Of a stretch of 64,000 nt of DNA, positions 8,372 to 18,810 are shown one piece after another. The notes below the pieces were generated by a model that did no database searches, was not told the origin of the DNA, and saw nothing but the letters and a program-made list of their open reading frames with translations. The stretch covers positions 6,620 through 70,619 of the forward strand of contig CAZCFO010000003.1 in the NCBI GenBank assembly GCA_964497975.1, in the 5' to 3' direction. The stretch is from an uncultured Candidatus Peribacteria bacterium. Its GTDB lineage: Bacteria > Patescibacteriota > Gracilibacteria > Peribacterales > Peribacteraceae. The translations under genes were made by a program, and so were the position numbers. The stretch's first letter is position 1. Every line of letters starts with the position of its first letter.

Positions 8372-10198
8372 TCAGACCGAGAGCAGCAGGATCACCCACA
8401 GCACCACGGAGGACTGCAGCAGTCCCGTGGCGATGTGCCGCGGCAGCGTGGGAAGCCGCGATATGCCGTACACGATGAAGTACGCCGCCGGCACCAGCAT
8501 CGCCGTCGAGTAGCGGAAGTCCTGCGACGTGGAGAAAGGCGAGATCCAGCGGAAGGCCATGTGGCCCGCGGCGAACACCGCGAGGCTCGCGAAGAAGGGG
8601 AGTGCGTCGGGCAGCCTCCTGCGGACCGCGTCGACCATGCCCCAGAGGCCCGCCGGCAGCAGCATCAGGGCGAACATCAGGATCCACATGCACAGGATCT
8701 TCAGCGGTTCGCCGAAGTTCCACTCGCCGAAGAAGGCTGAGCGGAAGAGGTACTCCCAGAAGTATTTCCGCCGCGCGCCGTCGTCCCAGGGGTTCGCGTA
8801 CGGATACTGGAGCATGCCCGCCGGGTTGAACGTGACGTAGCTTTCGACGTCGTTGGGGATCGCCAGGGGCCCGTTGAGCGACACGATATTGCCCACCATG
8901 TACCGCTGCACCGACGACGTATCCGTCCGCGTCGAGAGCACCGCCGAGGCGCTGGCCACGATGAGGACGGCCGCGAGCCCGTGCAGCATGCGCTCCTTCC
9001 ACCGGATCTCGCCGCGGATCGCCAGCAGCAGGAGGGCGATCGGGAGCAGGAGGAGGCCGTTGCTCTTCGTCATGACGGCGAGCGCGGCCATGACGGCCAT
9101 CCCGTACCAGAGGGGATGGGAATGTGGACGTTTCCACCAGGCGAAGAGCATCGCCAGGAACACGAAAGCCAGCGCCGTCTCCAGCACGTCGTTATTGATG
9201 AAGGCGACGAGGTACAGAAGCCCGGGAAACGCCGCCATGATGGCCGTATAGTGCAGGCGCTCGGGCCGGTTCGCGTTTCCGGGGAACGCGGCGAAGGCAA
9301 TCCACATGCCCGCCGCGAGAATCACCAGCGACAGCAGGAGCGACTGCACCTGCACGCCGAAGAGCATCGCGCCGCTGCTCCAGGAAAGAAGGATTCCCAG
9401 TTCGTACCACAGCGCCGACACGGCGTAATACAGCGGCGGCTGCCAGTACTCCCATCCCGCGTTGGGGGGCGGCAGGGCCCAGTTGTCCACGAGGTACTGG
9501 ATGTATTCGATGTGCCCGTCCGTGTCGTGTCCCCGCAGCGGAACGGGCGTGAGGAGCATGTACACGAAGCGGAACGCGATGCCTCCCACCGCCAGCGCCA
9601 GGATGCCGATGTCGTCGGACGCCCCGCGCACCGGGCGCATCGCGGCCGATACCGCCCAGAGGATCACCATTCCGAGCAGGGCCATCAGCCCGATGACGAG
9701 GGGGTCATGGGGGGCCGTCTGCACGATGAGCCCCGCGCCGCCTCCGGCATTGGTGGAACGGACCGTCACGGTGTTTTCCCCGGCATGAAGGTACTCTCCC
9801 AGATGCAGGACCTTGTAGCGTCCGTAATCGCAGAAGGGGAGGGCCGCACCGGTCACCGGCTGCCCGTTCACTTCCACCGACTGCAGACAATCGTCGGTCA
9901 CGAACAGGTACGAGCCGGGATGCAGGAATCCCAGCCGCATCGGAAAGCGGATCTCGAAGTTCCCCTGGGGGTCTCCCGGGATCCGCAGCGGCAGGGTGAA
10001 GCGGACCGGGTCCTGGCCGTTCACGGCGTAGGTTCCGGTGCCGAAGTCGGGGGCGATCGCCATCCAGAGCGTCGCGCCCAGCAGCAGCGAGAGCATGGAG
10101 GGAAAGACGATCCGCCGCGCGGTCCGCACGCGGCGAGCCCAGCGTTTTTTTCGCCGCGTCTCGTACGGGGGAGGGAGTGCAACGGGTTTGTGAGGCAT
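8372..10198 (-). CDS. PMT_2/GT39-like membrane glycosyltransferase with N-terminal extracytoplasmic beta-rich domain
   Basis: Start at MPHKPVAL (10198), because the longer ORF overlaps the divergent GT2 gene. Motifs HDTDGHIEYIQYL, WQPPLYY, and many TM helices. Confidence 0.75.
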   Translation of the reverse strand: MPHKPVALPPPYETRRKKRWARRVRTARRIVFPSMLSLLLGATLWMAIAPDFGTGTYAVNGQDPVRFTLPLRIPGDPQGNFEIRFPMRLGFLHPGSYLFVTDDCLQSVEVNGQPVTGAALPFCDYGRYKVLHLGEYLHAGENTVTVRSTNAGGGAGLIVQTAPHDPLVIGLMALLGMVILWAVSAAMRPVRGASDDIGILALAVGGIAFRFVYMLLTPVPLRGHDTDGHIEYIQYLVDNWALPPPNAGWEYWQPPLYYAVSALWYELGILLSWSSGAMLFGVQVQSLLLSLVILAAGMWIAFAAFPGNANRPERLHYTAIMAAFPGLLYLVAFINNDVLETALAFVFLAMLFAWWKRPHSHPLWYGMAVMAALAVMTKSNGLLLLPIALLLLAIRGEIRWKERMLHGLAAVLIVASASAVLSTRTDTSSVQRYMVGNIVSLNGPLAIPNDVESYVTFNPAGMLQYPYANPWDDGARRKYFWEYLFRSAFFGEWNFGEPLKILCMWILMFALMLLPAGLWGMVDAVRRRLPDALPFFASLAVFAAGHMAFRWISPFSTSQDFRYSTAMLVPAAYFIVYGISRLPTLPRHIATGLLQSSVVLWVILLLSV

Positions 10199-10334
10199 GC
10201 GCAGGTTCGGTCCATCGACTCTACGACCCAAACGCCGCAACAGGAAGCCAATGCGCTGGACACCGCCGCGGAGAATGGACCAATCATGGTCGTTTGGAAT
10301 TGACATCATTCGCCGCCCTCCCGAAGATGCCGGC

Positions 10335-11039
10335 ATGGAAGCCTCCACGCTTTCGCTGGTTCTCCCGTGCTTCAATGAAGAAGCGAACGTCGAGCGCACC
10401 GTCCGCGACGTTCTCGGGTGGTACGACCGTTCCGGCACGCAGGGCGAAGTGGTCGCCGTCGATGACGGCTCCCGCGACGGCACGCGCTCGCTCCTCCAGA
10501 AACTCGCCGCAACGGATCCGCGTCTCCGCGTGGTGTGGCACGAGGTCAACCAGGGCTACGGGGCGGCGATCCGCACGGGATGCGACAGCGCCCGCATGGA
10601 GATCCTCGGCTTCATGGACAGCGACGGGCAGTTCCATGCCGAAGACCTGCGCCTGCTTCTGCCGTATATCAAGGACTTCGCGTTCGTCACCGGACGCCGC
10701 CGCCGCCGCGCCGACTCCTTCACGCGCAATATGCTCGGCAAAGTCCTGGGGCTGATGAACTGGATCGTCCTGGGCCTCTGGGTGCGCGACGTGAACTGCG
10801 GCATGAAGATCTTCCGCAAGGATCTCTGGCCGAAGATCCGTCCCGTCCACGGCATCGAGAAGCTGTTCAACACCGAGCTCTTCATGCATCTGCGCGAGAA
10901 CGGCATCGCCTGGAAGACCATCGACGTGCCGCACTATCCCCGCACGGCGGGCAACCCCACGGGAGCCAAGTGGTACGTGATCCGCAGGATGCTCACGGAG
11001 CTGAGGGGGCTGCGGAAGGTGAGGAAACCCTACAAATGA
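10335..11039 (+). CDS. family 2 glycosyltransferase, polyprenol-phosphate sugar synthase-like (Dpm1/Ppm1/GtrB type)
   Basis: LSLVLPCFNEEANV, VVAVDDGSRDGT, GFMDSDGQF, VNCGMKIFRK motifs. Start at MEAST (10335). Confidence 0.85.
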   Translation: MEASTLSLVLPCFNEEANVERTVRDVLGWYDRSGTQGEVVAVDDGSRDGTRSLLQKLAATDPRLRVVWHEVNQGYGAAIRTGCDSARMEILGFMDSDGQFHAEDLRLLLPYIKDFAFVTGRRRRRADSFTRNMLGKVLGLMNWIVLGLWVRDVNCGMKIFRKDLWPKIRPVHGIEKLFNTELFMHLRENGIAWKTIDVPHYPRTAGNPTGAKWYVIRRMLTELRGLRKVRKPYK

Positions 11040-11065
11040 TCGTACAGCTGTTTTTCGTTCCGAGG

Positions 11066-11134
11066 CGAATTACGAATCATGAATTATGAATACTTTCTAG
11101 TAAGGTATTCATAATTCATGATTCTTGATTCACG
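11066..11134. terminator. long palindrome GAATCATGAATTATGAATAC / GTATTCATAATTCATGATTC between convergent genes
   Basis: 20-bp perfect arms at 11074-11093 and 11105-11124, with related flanking units (CGAATTAC, TTGATTCACG). Confidence 0.6.
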
Positions 11135-12661
11135 TTATTCCCCGGGCCTCTTGTTCGGGATGACCAGCCCGTTGTTGCGGGGACAGTTGACGCAGTGCAT
11201 GTCCCACAGACTGAAGATGTTGCGCAGATTGAACTGGGCGTCGGTGAGAGGCTGGTAATACGTGAAGGGCCGGTAGAACTGGAACGAGATGAAGATCATC
11301 GTTGCGAAGCCGAGCGCCAGCAGCGTCTTGCTGTGCTCCTTCAGCACGTGGCGGCCCAGGTTCTGGAGGTCATCGAAGACGAGGCCGAGCATCACGAAGC
11401 TCAGCGTGAGCGGGATGAAGTAATGGTACAGATAGAGCACGCGGTCGATGCGGCTCACGGCGATCATGAACGAGACATACATGCCCAGGAACACGCACAT
11501 GAGGAACCGGTTCTTGAGCGGCTTCTTGGGCGGGCACAGGACGGAGCAGGCGAGCATGGCGGCGGTGAGCAGGACTGCGCCGAACGCGGTCCACCAGACG
11601 ACGGGGTTCGGGACCAGGTACAGGTAGCGGTAGCTCGAGCCGTCGGGCGTCTCCCACCGGAAGTTGATGGTGCGCGCGCCGAGCGGCCAGAAGTAGAACG
11701 GGCTGCCGTTCTCATCCTCTTTGCAGAGGTCGAGCCGGGGCGCGCCGTTGTTGTAGTGCGACACGAACGCGAGGGAATCGCGCAGCAAAATCGGGAACGA
11801 CAACCAGGAGCCTGTTGTTCCCTGCGCGATCACGGACTTGTAGGTCTCGGAGGCCTGGTAGTAGCCGTTGTCGGGCAGGTTGGGGTTGATGGTCTTGCCG
11901 AGCGAGAAGTGGATATGCCACACGCTGCAGTAGACGATGATGAACGGCAGGATGAAGCAGCCCAGGAAGATAAACATCTTCTTCGCGTGCGGGAACATCA
12001 CCCACCAGAGCGGCAGCAGCAGGAGAATGAAGAGCAATCCGAGGACCTTCGTCGTCACGATCAGCGCGAAAGCCACGCCCATTAACGCGCTCCAGACCAG
12101 CCATCGTCTCCCGGGCTTCTGCCAGTCGTTGAGCAGCAGGAAGAACATCAGCGTCATGAGCACGCAGAAGAACATCAGCGGGCCCTCGAGCATCGCGCCG
12201 CGCGTCTGCACGATGATGCCGTTGTCGAAGATGTAGAAGAAACTGAGCAGCGCGCTGTGGAGGGGATTTTTGAGAATCAGCAGGAATATCAGAAACAGCA
12301 GGGGCGCCGTCCACCATGCGAGCAGCGCCGAGAAGAAGCGATACCCCACGAACGAGAAGCCGCCGCTGAAGTCCGTGCCGTAGTCCGTCCCGAGGAACTG
12401 GTCGGTGCGTTCGTTGGCATGGAAGAGTTTTTCGCCCGCGGCGACGAGCAGCTTGCCGAGCGGGGGATGCTGCTCCATGAAGTACACGCCGTTGAGGTAC
12501 TTCTGCGCGCTGGCGATGTGGTAGTTCTCATCCCAGTACACCGCCTGCGGCTGCCAGTACCGGTGGAAGTAGGTCAGGTACGAGAGGGCGATCACGAAAC
12601 CGAGCAGGAGCAGCACATGGGAGCGCTTCCAAATAGTGGGGGAGTCGGGCTTGGTAGTCAT
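11135..12661 (-). CDS. protein O-mannosyltransferase homolog (GT39, PMT family)
   Basis: YWDENYHIASAQKYLNGVYFMEQHPPLGKLLVAAGEKLF matches the PMT signature (DE..H...Y.....F.D.HPPLGK). Multi-TM. Start at MTTKPDS (12661), not the 744-aa extended ORF. Confidence 0.85.
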   Translation of the reverse strand: MTTKPDSPTIWKRSHVLLLLGFVIALSYLTYFHRYWQPQAVYWDENYHIASAQKYLNGVYFMEQHPPLGKLLVAAGEKLFHANERTDQFLGTDYGTDFSGGFSFVGYRFFSALLAWWTAPLLFLIFLLILKNPLHSALLSFFYIFDNGIIVQTRGAMLEGPLMFFCVLMTLMFFLLLNDWQKPGRRWLVWSALMGVAFALIVTTKVLGLLFILLLLPLWWVMFPHAKKMFIFLGCFILPFIIVYCSVWHIHFSLGKTINPNLPDNGYYQASETYKSVIAQGTTGSWLSFPILLRDSLAFVSHYNNGAPRLDLCKEDENGSPFYFWPLGARTINFRWETPDGSSYRYLYLVPNPVVWWTAFGAVLLTAAMLACSVLCPPKKPLKNRFLMCVFLGMYVSFMIAVSRIDRVLYLYHYFIPLTLSFVMLGLVFDDLQNLGRHVLKEHSKTLLALGFATMIFISFQFYRPFTYYQPLTDAQFNLRNIFSLWDMHCVNCPRNNGLVIPNKRPGE

Positions 12662-12866
12662 ATGGCGGGAGTATAGGAGGCGGGTGGGGGAAGGAATAGG
12701 GCAGATCGGCCAATGGCCCGCATGTGCACGCCGGGTCTTGCTTTTTAGACATTTGTTGTTTATGACATTACAGCTTTGTGCCGTCAAGGTACCAGGGAAA
12801 CACTGATGGTGCAGACGCACCGCTCCTTGGAACCGCAGATGGCACGACTCAAAGAAAAGGTGTCCC

Positions 12867-13724
12867 ATGAACCGTTTGATCGCAGCCTGGATTCTCGTCG
12901 CCGTGTTTTTCGGCGGCGCCCACATTATCAACACGGGCGCACAGGATGCGCCCAAGGAACTCGGCAAGAAGCCGATGGATCCGCCACCCAAGCAATTGAC
13001 GCTTACCGTCATGATCGAGAGCGCGTCCCATCTCACGCAGACCGTGTTGATGGGCCAATCGAGTGGCATGTACGGTGAAGTCGTCACTGCCAAGAAGGTG
13101 GGTGACAACGTCAAAAAGGGTGAGAAGCTCTTCCAGCTTCGTTTTTTGGAAGGGAAACACGCCGAGCTGAAGGCACATCTCCATGCCGCCAAGGACCTGG
13201 CGCACGCCGCTGAGGCGGCATTCGAATGGAACGAGCACCTCAATAAAACGGCTGCAGTGCTTGCAAACAAGGGCGCATCAGCCAAGGAGGAGGCGGAAAA
13301 GCGCAAGCTTGGCGCGCTCAAGGCCAAGTTCGAATGGGAAGCTGCGGAGCAGCATGTTATTGCCGCCAAAGAACGTTCGTCACCTCACAATCCCGTCGCC
13401 GAAATCGACGGCGAGGTCATCTCGATGGATCGTCGGTTGATCCGTGGTTTCCAGATCACGGACCTCCCCATCACTATTGAGTTGATGCGGATCGCGGATC
13501 TGAAGGAGCTGGAGGTCACCCTTCAGATTCCTTTTAAGGTCCGCCATCGTATCCAAGGATACGAGGTGACGCCGGTGCGCGACGGAAAGAAGCGCATCGG
13601 TCGTGAAGTGCGCGTCAACAAGCTCACGGATGAGCTCCTCGAAATTTCCGTCGTCTTCGGCAACGAAGACGGCACCCTGCGGCCATTCGAGGCCGCCGAC
13701 GTTGTTGTCCGTCTGCGAGACTGA
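12867..13724 (+). CDS. HlyD-type membrane fusion (periplasmic adaptor) family protein, orphan
   Basis: Signal anchor, lipoyl-like motif GMYGEVVTAKKVGDNVKKGEKLFQL, alpha-hairpin region, second half-lipoyl PVAEIDGEVISMD, beta-barrel-like tail. Confidence 0.75.
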   Translation: MNRLIAAWILVAVFFGGAHIINTGAQDAPKELGKKPMDPPPKQLTLTVMIESASHLTQTVLMGQSSGMYGEVVTAKKVGDNVKKGEKLFQLRFLEGKHAELKAHLHAAKDLAHAAEAAFEWNEHLNKTAAVLANKGASAKEEAEKRKLGALKAKFEWEAAEQHVIAAKERSSPHNPVAEIDGEVISMDRRLIRGFQITDLPITIELMRIADLKELEVTLQIPFKVRHRIQGYEVTPVRDGKKRIGREVRVNKLTDELLEISVVFGNEDGTLRPFEAADVVVRLRD

Positions 13725-13731
13725 GGAGCTT

Positions 13732-13782
13732 GCCGTCTGTCCGTTCGCCATTTGGCGGACGGACGGGCGGCGGCTATTTTTT
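13732..13782 (+). terminator. rho-independent terminator
   Basis: 18-bp stem GCCGTCTGTCCGTTCGCC / GGCGGACGGACGGGCGGC with loop ATTT, followed by a T-run (CTATTTTTTCG). Confidence 0.7.
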
Positions 13783-13822
13783 CGTGTTTTGCGAAATTGT
13801 CCGCTTCCCATGCCAACAACCA

Positions 13823-13850
13823 TTGACACCCTGAGCGTTCGTCCTAGCAT
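13823..13850 (+). promoter_or_regulatory. candidate sigma70-type promoter (TTGACA-N16-TAGCAT)
   Basis: Hexamers read directly. 21 nt upstream of ATG 13872. Confidence 0.35.
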
Positions 13851-13871
13851 GCGCCCCTTTCCCTCCTCCCC

Positions 13872-15047
13872 ATGGAAAAGCGCGTCACGCTCTCGGTCGA
13901 ACCACTGCATGCCCGCATTCTGCCGTCAGCGACTCCCATGCCCATGCCCGCGCCGGAGCTCGCGCCCGCGCTCGTGTCGACTGTTCACGAGGAAACGATG
14001 GAGGTGTTGGGAGCCTCTGCGGAGGATGCATTCGAGGCGGAAGGCGTGGCGGATCTCAGCGGCGTCGAGCATCCGGAGGCGCTCTTTGAGGAGAGGCCCG
14101 CAAACCTGCACGTGGAGTTCGACGGTCACAACACCCTGACGCTGCACATGGATGAGTCCATCGCGGACGTGCATGTGTCCATCACGGTCGCCGGCGACGG
14201 TTCCATCACCGAGGCGGGCGATCACACGTTCATCCTCTCGCCCGAGGTCACGTCGGTGACGATCACCACGAAGGCCACGCTGCCCGGGTCCGCCGATTAC
14301 CCGGAGGAAGTGGAAGAGCTGTTTGATCACGGACACATGGTTTCCTTCACCGTCGCCACGCCCCACGATACTCCGTCCGAAACCGAACACGGCGCCAGCA
14401 TCGCGACGCATTCGCACGATTCCCATCACGAGGGTGAGGAAGAGGAAGAAGAAGAAGAAGAGGAGGAGGAAGAAGAGGAAGAAGAGCATCATCACGAGCA
14501 TGAACATGAGCATGTCCACGCGCACGAGCATGAGCACGCGCATGAACATGCGCACGAACATGCCCACGAGCACGCCCATGCGCACGAGCATGAACACCCG
14601 CACGAACACGGGCACGCGCACGCGGAGCACGAGGAGGAAGAGGAAGAAGAAGAAGAAGCACTCGTCGATCCCCCCGCCGAGAATCCGGCCGGGCGCCCGG
14701 ACGAGGATCCCGAGGATCGTCTCACGGATGGATTGGAAGAGGATGTCGGTGCATCTGCGCTTACCGTTGAGGAAATGACGCCCGAGGAACCCGTGGAGAT
14801 CGTGATTCCCGCGGGGTACTCCGTGCAGACGACTCCGGAGGCAAAAGCTGCCGCGATGCAGGAGTGGCTTGCCCGGGATGCCGGGGGCCCGTCCGCCGAA
14901 ACCCCCGTGTTCCTCCACACGGAGACGCTCGACGAGGCGCTCGCCCAATGGCTGGCCGCGGCGCAGCTTGCCGTCCTTCCCGCCGTCCCCGCGGAGCAGG
15001 AAGACGCCGATGCCCGCCGGAAAAAGTCGCGCAAGGCCGTGTCATGA
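13872..15047 (+). CDS. highly acidic His/Glu-repeat protein (putative metal-binding)
   Basis: 391 aa. Central tract HSHDSHHEGE(E)n HHHEHEHEHVHAHEHEHAHEHAHEHAHEHAHAHEHEHPHEHGHAHAEHE(E)n. No signal peptide seen. Confidence 0.75.
   Translation: MEKRVTLSVEPLHARILPSATPMPMPAPELAPALVSTVHEETMEVLGASAEDAFEAEGVADLSGVEHPEALFEERPANLHVEFDGHNTLTLHMDESIADVHVSITVAGDGSITEAGDHTFILSPEVTSVTITTKATLPGSADYPEEVEELFDHGHMVSFTVATPHDTPSETEHGASIATHSHDSHHEGEEEEEEEEEEEEEEEEEHHHEHEHEHVHAHEHEHAHEHAHEHAHEHAHAHEHEHPHEHGHAHAEHEEEEEEEEEALVDPPAENPAGRPDEDPEDRLTDGLEEDVGASALTVEEMTPEEPVEIVIPAGYSVQTTPEAKAAAMQEWLARDAGGPSAETPVFLHTETLDEALAQWLAAAQLAVLPAVPAEQEDADARRKKSRKAVS
14436..14657 (+). repeat. in-frame coding microsatellite-like tract: (GAR)n - (CAY GAR / CAY GCN)n - (GAR)n
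   Basis: Direct reading of gaggaagaggaagaagaa...catgagcacgcgcatgaacatgcgcacgaa...gaggaagaagaagaa. Confidence 0.8.
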
Positions 15048-15105
15048 AAAGCGACCGAGACCGTCCCGTTTCCTTCGGAATCCGGAGTGACCGGTCCGGG
15101 CGGGA

Positions 15106-17079
<1,974 letters not shown>

Positions 17080-17116
17080 CGTTCTTTAGGGCACTCTCAT
17101 ACGTTGAATCATGATT

Positions 17117-17144
17117 TTTACAAAATCAAATTTTATGTTATAAT
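17117..17144 (+). promoter_or_regulatory. sigma70-type promoter TTTACA-N16-(TGt)TATAAT, 6 nt before ATG 17151
   Basis: AT-rich island after ftsH. The -10 hexamer is at 17139-17144. Confidence 0.55.
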
Positions 17145-17150
17145 AACATA

Positions 17151-18707
17151 ATGGGAACGATCCTCGGTGAATCTTCTGCGCTCTTTCCCGGCTTCGCGCG
17201 CCCGGAGCTTTCGCATGTCGACCCGGCCGTGCCCGAGCAGCGGGTGCACGCCGACGCGGCGCTGCGTGCGCGGGGCATCCTGGAAACCCGGTGGTCTCTT
17301 GAGCTGGAACAATCGCTGATTCCCCGGATGCTTTCTGCGGATGAGCAGCGCGTGACGGATGAGCGCGTTGCGGCCCTGCGGCAACGGATTTTCGCGCACA
17401 TGAACCGGCGCGTCGCGGAGGCCCGCACACCCGAAGAACGTGCGACCGCGGAGCGGGAGCGGGCCGCCGTGGAGACGTTCGGCGCCAAGGCGCTGTTGCT
17501 CTTCGAGCTTCATGACCTGCATCCCGAGACCAGCCCCGTCCTCCAGAGGCTCTTTGGCGAAGGAAGAGGCGATGGCGGGTACTACGACGCTCCCGGCCTG
17601 CCGGAGTTCAAGTTGAAGCCGGTCCCGTCCGGGCAGTTGCAGACGAACGTGGAATCCCTGCTTCGGGTGATCCAGGAGAAAGCTGCCGAATACGGCTTCG
17701 ACGCGCCCCCGCCGTCCCCTCATCTCAATGCCAGTTTCTGGGATGCCGATGGCAACGTGTGCAATCCCCGTCATCCGCGGTTCACGACCGTTGGAGGACG
17801 GATTGCCTCGGGGGTCGCCCGGGCGGTTTCCCTCGCGGACAAGGCGGTTCCTCTTCACTGCGACGCCTCCATCGGTCCTGACCGGAAGCGCGCGATTCGC
17901 ATGACCGGCGAAGATGACGAAGGGCGTATGGAATTCCGCCTCCAGGGCGACAGCCACGGCATTGCACTGATGCATCTCCCGTCCATGATCGAGGGCGTCA
18001 TCAAGCCCGGCGCCACACAGGGTCTTGATGGTGACCGGCTTATGCCTGCGGCCTCCCGGGCCGTGCTTGCCATGGAAGGGGGCGCGTACAAGATGATTCT
18101 TCATGCGATGCAGGGTTCGCTCGTGGAGAGCGAGGGGCCTTCCACGTACCGGCTGAAGCCGCCGGAGAGGTACGTGATCGACGCTATGCGCAAGAATTCC
18201 TCCGCAATCTGCCGCGAGCTTGGCAAGGAATTCGTGCCCGAGCTCGATAAGGTCGATCTCGACGGCTTGCAGGACGATACGCGGATGCAGGACATTGTCT
18301 GCCGCATGCACACTCCCGATCTTCCCAAGCAGAAGAGCTACGAGGATTTCGTCGCGGCAAAGCTCCAGGCTATCCGCGAGCGGGGCATGGGCCCCCGCGA
18401 ACTTCTGGAGTTCTTCCAGGGCATCAGGATCCGGGAGGAGGACGGCCGATACCAGATCGTCTTTCCCGGCTCGTACCGTCTGTTCGGGGAGTCAAAATCC
18501 GTGGATGCCGCTGCTCTCTCCCGCGCCATCCGGTGCGAGGGCATCGTGCCGACGCTCGTCGCCCCGCATGCCGATGTGGACAAGGCGGAGGTGGCCGTGA
18601 GTCATCTCGCGTCACTCCAGGCGGACTTCCGGGATCGTTTTCAGCATTGCCTGAAGAAGGGCGATGTTTCCTGGCACTTCCGAGGTGGGGGACGATGGGG
18701 AAGATGA
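17151..18707 (+). CDS. hypothetical protein with glutamine-synthetase-like catalytic motifs (GS-fold amidoligase candidate)
   Basis: 518 aa. SPHLNASFWDADGN resembles GS H-x-H/N-x-S-L-W..DG. DRKRAIRMTGEDDEGRMEFRLQGD resembles GS [9 protein letters not shown]...RRIEVRFPD. Motif-level only, compared from memory. Confidence 0.65.
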   Translation: MGTILGESSALFPGFARPELSHVDPAVPEQRVHADAALRARGILETRWSLELEQSLIPRMLSADEQRVTDERVAALRQRIFAHMNRRVAEARTPEERATAERERAAVETFGAKALLLFELHDLHPETSPVLQRLFGEGRGDGGYYDAPGLPEFKLKPVPSGQLQTNVESLLRVIQEKAAEYGFDAPPPSPHLNASFWDADGNVCNPRHPRFTTVGGRIASGVARAVSLADKAVPLHCDASIGPDRKRAIRMTGEDDEGRMEFRLQGDSHGIALMHLPSMIEGVIKPGATQGLDGDRLMPAASRAVLAMEGGAYKMILHAMQGSLVESEGPSTYRLKPPERYVIDAMRKNSSAICRELGKEFVPELDKVDLDGLQDDTRMQDIVCRMHTPDLPKQKSYEDFVAAKLQAIRERGMGPRELLEFFQGIRIREEDGRYQIVFPGSYRLFGESKSVDAAALSRAIRCEGIVPTLVAPHADVDKAEVAVSHLASLQADFRDRFQHCLKKGDVSWHFRGGGRWGR

Positions 18708-18810
18708 AGAAAAGTCAAAGAGCTGTTCGTGATCGCAGTATTGACCTCTTCGGCACCACCGGTTTCGCATGCGTACGTTTTTGATCAACGATGCGCTACA
18801 ATGGGTCCCG

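Noticed and set aside
14436-14657. GAA/GAG and CAC/CAT-GAG tract as a non-coding microsatellite or assembly artefact.
   Set aside because: The tract is in frame within a long ORF with coding-like flanks on both sides. The artefact possibility cannot be excluded without reads and is listed as a check in the corresponding finding.
12867-15047. HlyD-type adaptor plus His/Glu-rich protein as a metal-efflux operon.
   Set aside because: An 18-bp-stem terminator with a T-run (13732-13782) and a separate promoter-like TTGACA-N16-TAGCAT lie between them. No pump gene is present. Adjacency alone does not support a system.
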